Below, in pieces: positions 51,058 through 61,175 of a DNA stretch of 64,000 nt (its first letter is position 1; each line of letters opens with the position of its first letter). The notes beneath the pieces were generated by a model, which made no database searches, was not told where the DNA came from, and saw nothing but the letters and a program-made list of their open reading frames with translations. This DNA is from Octopus sinensis (lineage: Eukaryota). Location: NCBI RefSeq assembly GCF_006345805.1, contig NC_042998.1, positions 60,574,001-60,638,000 of the forward strand, given 5' to 3'. A program made the translations under genes and the position numbers.

Positions 51058-51716
51058 TTGAATAAGCTGGGCAAAATGCTTAATGGTATTTTGTCTGCGT
51101 TACGTTGTGAGTTTAAGGCGGCGAGCTGGCAGAAACGTTAGCACGCCGGGTGAAATGCTTAGCGGTATTTTGTCTGCGTTACGTTGTGAGTTCATATTCC
51201 GCCGAGGTCGACTTTGCCTTTCATCCTTTCGGGGTCGATAAATTAAGTACCAGTTACGCACTGGGGTCGATGTAATCAACTTAATACCTATGTCTGTCCT
51301 TGTTTGTTCCCTCTGTGTTTAGCCCCTTGTGGGTAATAAAGAAATAGGTATTTTGTCTGAGTTCAAATGCTGCTGAGTTTGACTTTGCCTTTCATCCTTT
51401 CAGGGAAGATAAAATAAGTACCAGTTGAGCACTGGGATCAATATAATCGATTTAGCCCCTTCTCCAAACTTGCTGGCCTTATGTCAAAATTTGAAACCAA
51501 TATTTATAATTTAAATAAGGTGGCAAGCTGGCAGAATTGTTAGCACACTGAGCAAAATACTTAGTGGCATTTCATTCATCTTTATGTTCTGAGTTCAAAT
51601 GCTGTTGAGGTTGACTTTTCATTTCATCCTTTCAGGTTGATAAAATGAGTACCAGTTGAGCACTGAGGTCAACGTAATCAATTTAGCCCCTTCCCCAGAC
51701 TGCTGGCCTTGTGCTA
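51058..51716 (+). mobile_element. Cluster of family B SINEs including a young full copy (51114-51346)
   Basis: Head taaggcggcgagctggcagaaacgttagc, central gcctttcatcctttcggggtcgataaattaagtacc (resembles the Meta/MESC SINE domain, from memory), tail aataaagaaata; older copies on both sides. Confidence 0.88.
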
Positions 51717-51738
51717 GAATTTGGAAGTAATATTTATT

Positions 51739-52146
51739 ACTCTTTCTCTTTTACTTGTTTCAGTCATTTGACTGTGGCCATGCTGGAGCACCGCCTTTAG
51801 TCGAGCAAATCGACCCCAGGACTTATTCTTTGTAAGCCCAGTACTTATTCTATCAGTCTCTTTTGCCGAACCGCTAAGTGATGGGGACGTAAACACACCA
51901 GCATCGGTTGTCAAGCAATGCTAGGGGACAAACACACACACACAAACACACATACACATATATATATATATATACATATATACGACAGGCTTCTTTCAGT
52001 TTCCGTCTACCAAATCCACTCACAAGGCATTGGTCGGCCCGGGGCTATAGCTGAAGACACCTGCCCAAGATGCCACGCAGTGGGACTGAACCCAGAACCA
52101 TGTGGTTGTTTAGCAAGCTACTTACCACACAGCCACTCCTGCGCCT
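51739..52146 (-). mobile_element. Young, near-consensus family A CORE-type SINE (probably one of the octopus OR-type families)
   Basis: Head aggcgcaggagtggctgtgtggtaag, B-box gggttcagtcccac, CORE-like catcttgggcaggtgtctt, tail (GAGTAAA/GAGAAA)n; CpGs largely retained. Confidence 0.9.
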
Positions 52147-52315
52147 TATTATTAAATTTTTTTTTTAAACTTAAGTCTCTTTTAAAATCAACCATTTAAT
52201 TATTTCTTTAACCTTCCACTAAAATCAATCATGTCCCTTTTTCTGTTTTCCCAATGATATTTTCTCAGTTTTAACTAATGACGTTCATTTAATTTCATTT
52301 CTTACTCACTTTTAG

Positions 52316-52475
52316 AATTGGATGTGATGAATTATTTAAGAGCCTTGATAAATGGCATGTTCCAGTTCTGATCATTTCTGCTGGACTGGGAGACATTCTC
52401 TCAGAGATTCTCACTCAGCAATCAGCTGTCTACAATAACATGAAAATTGTTTCCAATTTCATGAAATTTAAAGAG
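52316..52475 (+). CDS. NT5C3: NT5C3 coding exon with HAD motif II (R-IGCDELFKSLDKWHVPVLIISAGLGDIL...IVSNFMKFKE)
   Basis: ttttag| ... GAG|gtaaaa; SAGLGD and VSNFM conserved with human; phase 2/0. Confidence 0.97.
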
Positions 52476-52864
52476 GTAAAAATTTTGTTTGTTCGTTTTT
52501 TTTTAGCTATCTATAATTTATGTTTAATATTTATCTAAAAATTGGTAAACCATTTGTCCACAGTTTTGGTGCTGCCTATTTGGCATTACTGATTCAATGC
52601 TGACTTATTTGACATCAGATATTTTAATGTTTCTCTCAATATCTCTCTTTCTCTCTTCTCCCCCCTCTCTCTCTCTCTCTCTCTTTATTTATGTGTGTTA
52701 GCATAATACTCTTTATGTGTATTAAGAGAAGGAAGTCTTTATGTCAATTATGTTTAATAAATTTACAAAATCTCTCTTCCTTTCTCTCTGTCCTTCTCTC
52801 TCTCTCTCAAACTAGGAAACGGATTTGTTTTTAACAACGAAAAAACAGAGTACAAGACAAACAG

Positions 52865-53130
52865 ACAGCTGATGAAGGGGAATATTCCTTGTATTGTTTG
52901 TCTTGTACTCAGTTTTTTTGTTGTTAAAAAAAGTTCGTTTCCTAGTTTGTTTTTATGTTTTCGTTTCTCGTTGAGTTCTACGTCTATTTGTGGTGTCCTG
53001 TACTCATATATATATGGAACTCGACTGAGGATAGAAAACTTGGAACCTGTCTGTGTTGTTTCCTGTCCGTTTTTGTATCATCTAACTGTCTGGATGTTTT
53101 ATTGTTGCCTGTTATGTTATTGTTCCACTT
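52865..53130 (+). repeat. Interspersed repeat fragment shared with 571-720
   Basis: gacagctgatgaaggggaatattccttgtattgtttgtc...gtcctgtactcatatatatat nearly identical in both places. Confidence 0.85.
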
Positions 53131-53174
53131 TTTGTTTTCTTCTTTATTTATACATATATATGTATATGTATATA

Positions 53175-53220
<46 letters not shown>

Positions 53221-54024
53221 GGTGCCCCAGCATGGCCACAGCTCATGAGCTGAAACTAGAATCAATCAATCGATCATATATATGTATATATACATATATA
53301 AGTATATCTATATATATGTGTGTGTGTATATATATATATATATATTTATAATAATTTTTTTTTGAGGGAATAAAATCCAAACTTACAAGGAAAAAAATTC
53401 AATTTAGAAATACTAAATCAAATTTCACACAATATATGTGTATATATATATACTAGCAGCTAAGCCTGATTTCACGTGATCGGTTTGGATGATGTGGCTG
53501 TAAAACCTGCTCTGTGTAAGCATTTGACTTGTTTGGGCAATGCTTACGTTAAAAAACAATTTTAGAATGACTTTTTTTCTGTCAAAACGCTAAAAATAAT
53601 CAACCAACAAAGATTCAACCAAATCAAAAAATAAACCCAAATACTAAGTTAACAAAGATGAAGCATCCCGCTTCCATTGTGCACTCGCACACACACGAAC
53701 ACACATACACGCGCGCACACACATTCACATACCCCCCTTTTACATACACACACATATATTCACACAGAGTTGAAATGCTGTTTGATTTATTTTTTCCTGA
53801 ATACAATTACCATCATCCCACTATCAAGTATGACATCACCCCTTCCTTCCTTATTCATCTATCACCCCTTCCTTTCTCATTCATAAACACAACAGTATTA
53901 TTACAGTAGATTATTTCAGTAACAATGGGAGCCATGAAAAAATACAAAGCCCAGCATCACCACTGGATCATTCTACACATTTCCACCCAGCCGTTTGCCC
54001 ATGCATCCCAAGACAAAATTTATA

Positions 54025-54075
54025 TATATATATACATATACATACATATACATACATATATATACATATAAATAC

Positions 54076-54124
<49 letters not shown>

Positions 54125-54240
54125 CACACACGGTTGTATGTATCTATGTATACATGTATGTATACATGCATGCATGTATACATACATGTATTCATATATA
54201 CATACATACACACACATACACACACACACACACACATATG
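54025..54240. repeat. Compound TA/TACA/CA microsatellite
   Basis: Visible directly; it inflates the ORF at 53995-54621. Confidence 0.95.
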
Positions 54241-54318
54241 CATGTATGTCCGTCTGTCCACATGTACAAAATCCACATCAGACTAAAGAAACATATTTTT
54301 CCTTCTTTTCTTTTCCAG

Positions 54319-54513
54319 GATAAAATGGTTGGTTTTTATGATGAAATCATTCATACATTCAACAAAAACCAGTGTGCTATTCATAAATCTGGCTACTTCA
54401 ACAATCAGAGATCCAACATAATACTGTTAGGTGACTCTGTTGGTGACTTGCACTTAGCAGATGGAGCCAAGGACAGTTCTACAATTCTTAAAATTGGCTA
54501 CCTCAATGAAAGG
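54319..54513 (+). CDS. NT5C3: NT5C3 coding exon with HAD motifs III/IV (DKMVGFYDEIIHTFNK...NIILLGDSVGDLHLADGA...LKIGYLNER)
   Basis: ttccag| ... AGG|gtacga; human LIHVFNK...NIILLGDSQGDLRMADG...LKIGYLNDR; phase 0/0. Confidence 0.98.
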
Positions 54514-54862
54514 GTACGAGCTTTATTCCTTTTCCTCTTTTTCCTCTTTGTTGTGCTCATGTCCATGAGCACAACTTGGTCAATAATGTTAGCTTTTTTT
54601 TATGTAAAGTTACGGCTTTGAATCCATTCAGGGTTATCTCTCTTTGGTATTTTTCATTGAGGAAGGCTAAAGAGCCAGAAACATGTTTGGGAATCTGCTG
54701 GGATGAAGCACTGGACAGATATGGTGTTTTAACACTTTTTACAAGAAGGAATTTTTCCCTATGATGACTGTAGTGAATTTACCTTAAGTCGTTAAAATGT
54801 CACAAATATATTTCAACCAACCTTAACTTCGTTTATTACTCATTACTGCTTGGTGCTGATGC

Positions 54863-54885
54863 TTCTCTCTCTCTCTCTCCCCTCC

Positions 54886-54965
<80 letters not shown>
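54863..54965. repeat. (CT)n microsatellite in the last NT5C3 intron
   Basis: Visible directly, ~100 nt upstream of the terminal acceptor. Confidence 0.95.
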
Positions 54966-54966
<1 letters not shown>

Positions 54967-55066
54967 TTTCACACACACACGTCAGATAATAGAAGACTTC
55001 ATTTTCCAGATTCTGCATTTGCTCTCAATTATATTTATTTCTGATGTTATCTCTTTTTTCTTTTAG

Positions 55067-55180
55067 GTTGAAGAAAGTTTGGAGATATACAAAAATGCAT
55101 TTGATATTGTTTTGGTAAGAACCGAAAATGTGGACCTAATGAATGCATTAATGAAAAGAGTTACCGATAATAAAGTCTGA
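55067..55180 (+). CDS. NT5C3: NT5C3 terminal coding exon (VEESLEIYKNAFDIVLVRTENVDLMNALMKRVTDNKV*)
   Basis: ttttag|, TGA at 55178-55180; human VDELLEKYMDSYDIVLV. All nine exons sum to 870 nt = 289 aa + stop. Confidence 0.96.
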   Translation, partial: VEESLEIYKNAFDIVLVRTENVDLMNALMKRVTDNKV

Positions 55181-55351
55181 ACCTTAACAAAGTTTCTTCA
55201 ACGTTCATTAGAAAATTATTTGGAACTTTTAATTAAATAATTTAAAAAAGCATTTGTTTGTTTTTAACTTTATTTTGACTCACATTAGATATCTGTTGAT
55301 CACTTAGTCGAATACACTTTTTAATGAAGTTGTTTCAAATTATAAGAGTGT

Positions 55352-55443
55352 AATAAATGCGGGAAAAAAAACCCAGCTATAAATATACTTAAAGTGCGTA
55401 TGTGCGTATATATATAGAGAGGTGGGGGGTTTACACAAATAAA
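55352..55443 (+). terminator. Candidate NT5C3 polyadenylation signals
   Basis: AATAAA at 55352-55357 and 55438-55443. Confidence 0.5.
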
Positions 55444-55617
55444 CAAACTTAATACATTAAATATATTAAATATGATCCCTCTTGTAGGCTTTCTTTACCA
55501 TGTAGAATCAATCCCCTGTAAAGATATCAGAGTCTGAATTTGAATCATTTTTGAGCATTGCTAAGTGTCTTCCATATGGAGATTATCTGGATCTCATCTG
55601 TGGAATATATATATATA

Positions 55618-55760
55618 TGGCATAGTTGTAGGTTTGTTGTTAAGAACTTTGCTTCCAACCATGTGGTTTTCAGTTTAGTCCCGCTCTCAACGCGAAGTGT
55701 CTCAGGTTGACCAAAGCCTTTTAACTGGATTGATAGATGGAAACTGAAAGAAGCCCATTA
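55618..55760 (+). mobile_element. Family A SINE 5' part
   Basis: ccaaccatgtggttttcagtttagtccc ... gatggaaactgaaagaagccc. Confidence 0.7.
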
Positions 55761-55777
55761 TATATATATATATATAT

Positions 55778-55848
55778 ATCGTTCATTTAACGTCCGTTCT
55801 CCATATATATATATATATTTATATATATATATATTGTATATATATATG

Positions 55849-55879
<31 letters not shown>

Positions 55880-56232
55880 ATGTATATATATAATGTATAT
55901 ATATATATATGTATTATATATATATATATGTATATATATATTTATATATATATATATTTATATATATATATGTATATATATATATGTATATATATATATT
56001 TATATATATATATGTATATTATATATATGTATATATATATATGTATATATATATATGTATATATATATATATGTGTATATATATATGTATTATATATATA
56101 TATATGTATATATATGTATATATATATATGTTATATATATATATATGTATATATATGTATAATATATATGTATATATATATATATATATATATAATGTAT
56201 ATATATATATGTATATATATATATATGTGTAT

Positions 56233-56264
<32 letters not shown>

Positions 56265-56272
56265 TATATATA

Positions 56273-56305
<33 letters not shown>

Positions 56306-56393
56306 ATATATATATGTAATATATATATATATGTATATATATATTTATATATACATTTATATATATATATGTGTGTATATATATATGTGTATA

Positions 56394-56441
<48 letters not shown>

Positions 56442-56860
56442 GTATATATATATATATATATTTATATGTATATATATGTATATATATATATTTATATGTA
56501 TATATATGTATATATATATTATTTATATATATATAATATGTATATATATATTTTATATATATATATAGTATATATATATTTATATATATATATATGTATA
56601 TATATATTTTTATATATATGTATGCCAACCACTCCGAGAGTGTAGTGGGTGCTTTTATGTGCCACTGGCACGACAGCCAGTCAGGCAGTACTGGCAACAG
56701 CCACACTCAAATGGTGCTTTTTATGTGCCACCCGAACAGGAGTTAGTCTAGCGGCAATGGCAACAACTTTGCTCGAATGTTTTTTCACGTGCCACCAGCA
56801 CAAGTGCCAGTAAGGTGACACAGGTAACGATCACACTCGAATGGTGTTTTTACATCCATG
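55778..56860 (-). mobile_element. RTE 3' end (family C) split by the TA array
   Basis: Left part tcgttcatttaacgtccgttctccat; right part gccaaccactccgagagtgtagtggg plus repeat units. Confidence 0.8.
55803..56623. repeat. ~820-bp interrupted (TA)n array
   Basis: Almost pure A/T with periodic G and TTT interruptions; source of the YIYIY ORFs. Confidence 0.97.
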
Positions 56861-57183
56861 CTACTACACTTGAAATGTACTTGTTATAACTCTTTATCTT
56901 AATCTGAATGTATGTGAAAGTATTTAGAATGCCCAAACTTATTTATGCAAATGTGCTAAGCACTGATGCTGATCATAGTTTAATCAATAAGCATAGGAGC
57001 AAGGTAAATGCAGTAAAAATAGGGTGGTCAGTGGGACCCTTAAAAAAGCAGACCCCCTCAGGACATTCCTTGGGATTAGGGGAGTTGCTGTTTGAGTTTC
57101 GTTGTTCTTGCACCAACGGTCTAGGAGGAGTTAACAAACATAAAAACGTAATGGACAGAAACATCACTCAAATTTATAAGAAG

Positions 57184-57671
57184 ACTAGCTATTTTGACCC
57201 ACGCTTCACTCGGGTTTTTGGAGGTGGTGTTGTTATGTGTGTATTGTCTCCATTTCCCTTTCTTCTTTTGTTCGTCTTCTTTGCCTGGTTCTTTTTATTG
57301 CCCTCTTCTTTACCCCACCTATCCAAAATCACCCAAATTTTTACACCCACAATTAAAGATAACCGTCTCTAGTCCCTGCAGCAACACGAAAAGCCACCAT
57401 TGTTCAAACAGCGCAACCTGTCTATCCCATAAAACCCAATTTTTACCATATTCCTCACCATAGCAACCAAATGGTAGTCTCGAGCGACTTGCAACCCTCC
57501 TCACACCATTGCCCACCGCATTTTACCCCCCCCCCACTCCAGTGTAAATTTTGGCAGGTACCAATCCGACCCCATCTACTACCCCTTAAACCGTTCCCAT
57601 CCCAAAATGAGACAAATAACCAAGAAATCAAACAACTTTTTCACATTTCAGCTTTATAGATATATATATAT
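57184..57671 (+). mobile_element. Helitron-like non-autonomous element
   Basis: Starts actagctattttgacccacgcttcactcgggtt and ends ctttatagatatatat, resembling the termini of Lep1-type Helitron-like elements (from memory); CpG-rich; a similar actagc start occurs at 53452. Confidence 0.5.
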
Positions 57672-59761
57672 TGGTTCATCCCATAAATAATGCGGTTTTT
57701 TTTTATATTTTATTTTTCAAAATTAAGATTTTAAAAAATTCTTTTTTCATCTAAAATATACTATCCTTCATTTTCAACAAATTCCCTCTGACCCATGCAA
57801 GAATGGATAAATGAACATTAAAAGATGATGATAATGTATATATATATATATTTCCATCTCCCAATTTCATAAGGCATTGATTGGCTCCAAAGGGTTAATT
57901 CAATTGACTAAATTCTCCTACCAAATTTATGGCCTTAGCTGGCAGAACCATTAGAACATTGGAAAAATATACCATGTTCTTTCAACTCAGAACTTAAAAG
58001 AATTGTCCCAGTTCTGTAAGTTCTGAGTTGCAGTCACTCCAAGGTCATCTTTGGTATTCATCATGGCAACCAAATGGTAGTCTCAAGCGACTTGCAACCC
58101 TCCTCACACCATTGCCCACCGCATTTACCCCCCCCCCCCACTCCAGTAGATGGGGTCGGATTGGTACCTGCCAGTTGAGTAGTGGAATCAATGAAATTTG
58201 CTAATTTCTGTACTTTTCACTAAATTGAAACATTATTACAACTATTCATTTATTCATACAATAATCCTTTCTACTATTGGCACAAAATCTGAAATTTTGC
58301 AGGAGGGACTAGTCAATTACACCAACTGATACTTATTTCATCAACCCCAAAAGGATTAAAGGTTAAGTTGATCTCAGTAGAGTTTGAACTAAGAGAGTAA
58401 AGACAAGGCAAAATACCACTAAGCATTTTTCCCAGCATGCTTACTAGTTTCCAACTCACTGCCTTATTTATTCACACAATAATACTGATAAAAAAAATGT
58501 AAATAGCTTGAGCTTTTGGCAATCAGAGAGATTTTTCAACTAGTGATCAGTCCTATTAATTTTATAGGTACTTGTATATAGACTCCAGAAGATTAAAAGG
58601 CAATAACAGCAGGATCTGAACTCCAAAAACGAAGGGCTATAAGTAAATACTGCTGTCAATTCACTGCCATATCTCTGTATGTCTTATCACTGAAATGGTA
58701 AAACCACTAACTCAATCTACTGCTTCTATTACCTACTAAATAGTCCAATGACTTGTATTCTGAAATAGTTAACTATTTGCCCTCTCCACCAACTGGAATC
58801 CATTCCTGCCAACAGTTTTTATTCAAAACACTGGTCTATAACTGTTCAAAGTGATGCATCTATCTTGTCAGTCTCAGAGGTTCTGCAAAGGTTACAGATA
58901 CTGTTCCTCTTATGTCTGATTATAAAAAGAAACAGCAATATTAGTTGTTGGTGTTGTGTTGATGCTCATACCTCCTGTCAAGAAAAAGGCTTCCATTAAA
59001 TGGTCTACATGGTAATAATATTACAGTGTAAAGTAGAATCCAAAAGGACCAGTGGTGGTCTACATTGATAAATAATAAGTACTGCATGTTTTCTAAGGAG
59101 AATCAATTATGCCACGAGGAAGGAAGCTGAGGTTTCAGATAGGATCTTTTTTCAAAGAAATTCCTGCAAAAAAGTTTTGTTTCTTTCCTCAATGGTGATA
59201 TAAATCAGTTTCTTTTGCAAAATTTTTGTATGTAATTATTGTTTATATTCTTTTCTTAAACCCTTGGGCGCATGGAGGTTGGTTACTCAGTTTCCATGGT
59301 GTAAGAGTGACCAAGATCACAAAATCCTTTTAAACAGAACAGCAGTCTGTTGCAGAATTCAAAGTCAGCAAATTCGAAGGGAGGAAGCATGTAAATTACA
59401 TCGTCCCCTAGTATTTGACTGGTACTTTATTTTATCAACCTTTAAGACATGAAAGGCAAAGTTGATATCAGTAGGATTTGAACTCAGAACATAAGAGATA
59501 AAAGAAACACTACTTGCCAGTTAGCCACTTTATTGTTTGTATCGGAACTTGTTCCAGAAACCCTTTAAAACAGCATCCTTGTCGTAATTTTATAACATTA
59601 GTTGTATCCACTACAAGGAGGAGAGGATAGGATTAAAGGAATCGTAACCAAAATGTTCCAGCATTTCAAGCAACAACCTAAAATGTATGGAATCACCCAA
59701 ATAACTTTAACAATAGCAAAAGGATCACAAATATATAAGAAAACTCAGATGATTTATAACT

Positions 59762-60163
59762 TTAATTTACTTCCAAAAATCCTGCTATTCTCGCCAAGAT
59801 TGAAAACATTCTATCATCTATAGCAATATTTTCTTCAGATAATTCGCCAAACATAACCAATTTTGAAATTTCTTCTAAATGTATAGCCGCTTTTATGACA
59901 GCAGTAACGTTATAATGATCAATGCCTTGTATTGCAAAGTTGAGATATATTTGTTCAGCCAGTTTACGGCGATAAAAGTCTCCTCGATCGCCTGACATAC
60001 AGACATCTTCATGTCCTCCTGATAGATAAAGAAGAACGTCATGTATGTCATTTACCGAATGTGGCGGAATTAGCATGCGTGTCTCGTTCATCATCAATAT
60101 TAAACGCTGTATTACTCTAGTAGCAATTCGATTCAAAACTGCAGCCCTAGTCATGACGAAAAG
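59762..60163 (-). CDS. Unrecognised protein, main exon (LFVMTRAAVLNRIATRVIQRLIL...ARIAGFLEVN*)
   Basis: 134 open codons with protein-like composition and no repeat similarity; upstream ctaat branch-like motif and CAG acceptor; AATAAA ~230 nt downstream (59534-59529). Confidence 0.55.
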   Translation of the reverse strand, partial: LFVMTRAAVLNRIATRVIQRLILMMNETRMLIPPHSVNDIHDVLLYLSGGHEDVCMSGDRGDFYRRKLAEQIYLNFAIQGIDHYNVTAVIKAAIHLEEISKLVMFGELSEENIAIDDRMFSILARIAGFLEVN

Positions 60164-60313
60164 CTGCTTTACGAACAGGGACACGAATTAGAGCCTATAG
60201 AGTTGGGGTTCACGATGGTTTTGTTTGAAGCGGTAGACTTTCCTTTCTCAAGGCATGAAATTTATATGACTTTCGAAAACTAAACACATCGCAACAATCC
60301 CAAGGGAAATTAC

Positions 60314-60334
60314 TCTGCGCAACATAGATTTCAT
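60314..60334 (-). CDS. Possible first coding part (MKSMLRR) of the same gene
   Basis: ATG at 60334 is in frame with the main ORF; donor AGA|GTAATT at 60313; exon preceded by a pyrimidine tract and CAG (exon start 60377). Confidence 0.35.
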
Positions 60335-61175
60335 GGAATCCTGAAAGTTCGTATGGCCGATTCTTCAGTTTCGATTTCTGGTTAATGAAAGAGAGAGTTA
60401 AAAAATCATTACCCAAACAGAAAATTCTCCTTCCTTCAGAAAAGTATCAAACAAAGCTTTGACATAAGATTTCTTATTATTTGGGAGATTTAGTGGATTA
60501 TTTTCTCTCTAGCGAGACAAGAGAATAGAAAACGAAATTGTGACCTCAGACGGGTTTTAAATGAAAATGTAGAGGGCCATAACTAAGCAGTACAAGACAT
60601 TTACTACGAAATTCTACCCTTTCTGCCACTCTAAACTATGACTTAATAGCCTCGATTTTCGTAGCGAAAGAAATACTCTACAGGTTAGGATTATCACTCA
60701 GTTTTTTGTTTGGAGGAAGAGAGGTGACTTGATGTTTCTCCTTCCAAAACAAATTACTTGACTGTGAGATGGAAATGGAAATTGCTGTCCTGAAGACAAG
60801 TAATATTATGCACAATCACTATCATCAACAACTGCATTTAACGTCTGTATCCAAATCGGTATGTGTAGGACGGTTTGATAGGAACTGGTAAGTCAAAAGA
60901 TTGCACCAAACTCTGTTGTTTATTTGGTATGGTCTCTTCAGGTAGATGCCCTTTCGAATGCCAACTGCTTTATAGAATGCTAGGAGTGTACAGGTATTTA
61001 ATGTCACACCTAGAAAAATGTAAACTGTGACAATGTCATTATTAGTCTAACATGTTGACCTCACAAAAACATGATAAATACAGTCGACCAAGTGTTTGTA
61101 ATGCAAGAGATCAGGCTTAAATGTAGAGTTTGGAGAGGTCAATGATAAACTTTATTTTCTAACATGTGAAATCAT

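Noticed and set aside
55880-56706. Long ORFs of up to 218 aa (YIYIY...), and similar ORFs at 8-800, 21189-21539, 39676-40096 and 53968-54323
   Set aside because: Translations of TA/TACA microsatellites.
56908-57372. 154-aa + strand ORF
   Set aside because: Crosses the boundary of the Helitron-like element, ends in low-complexity F/L sequence, and shows no recognisable motifs.
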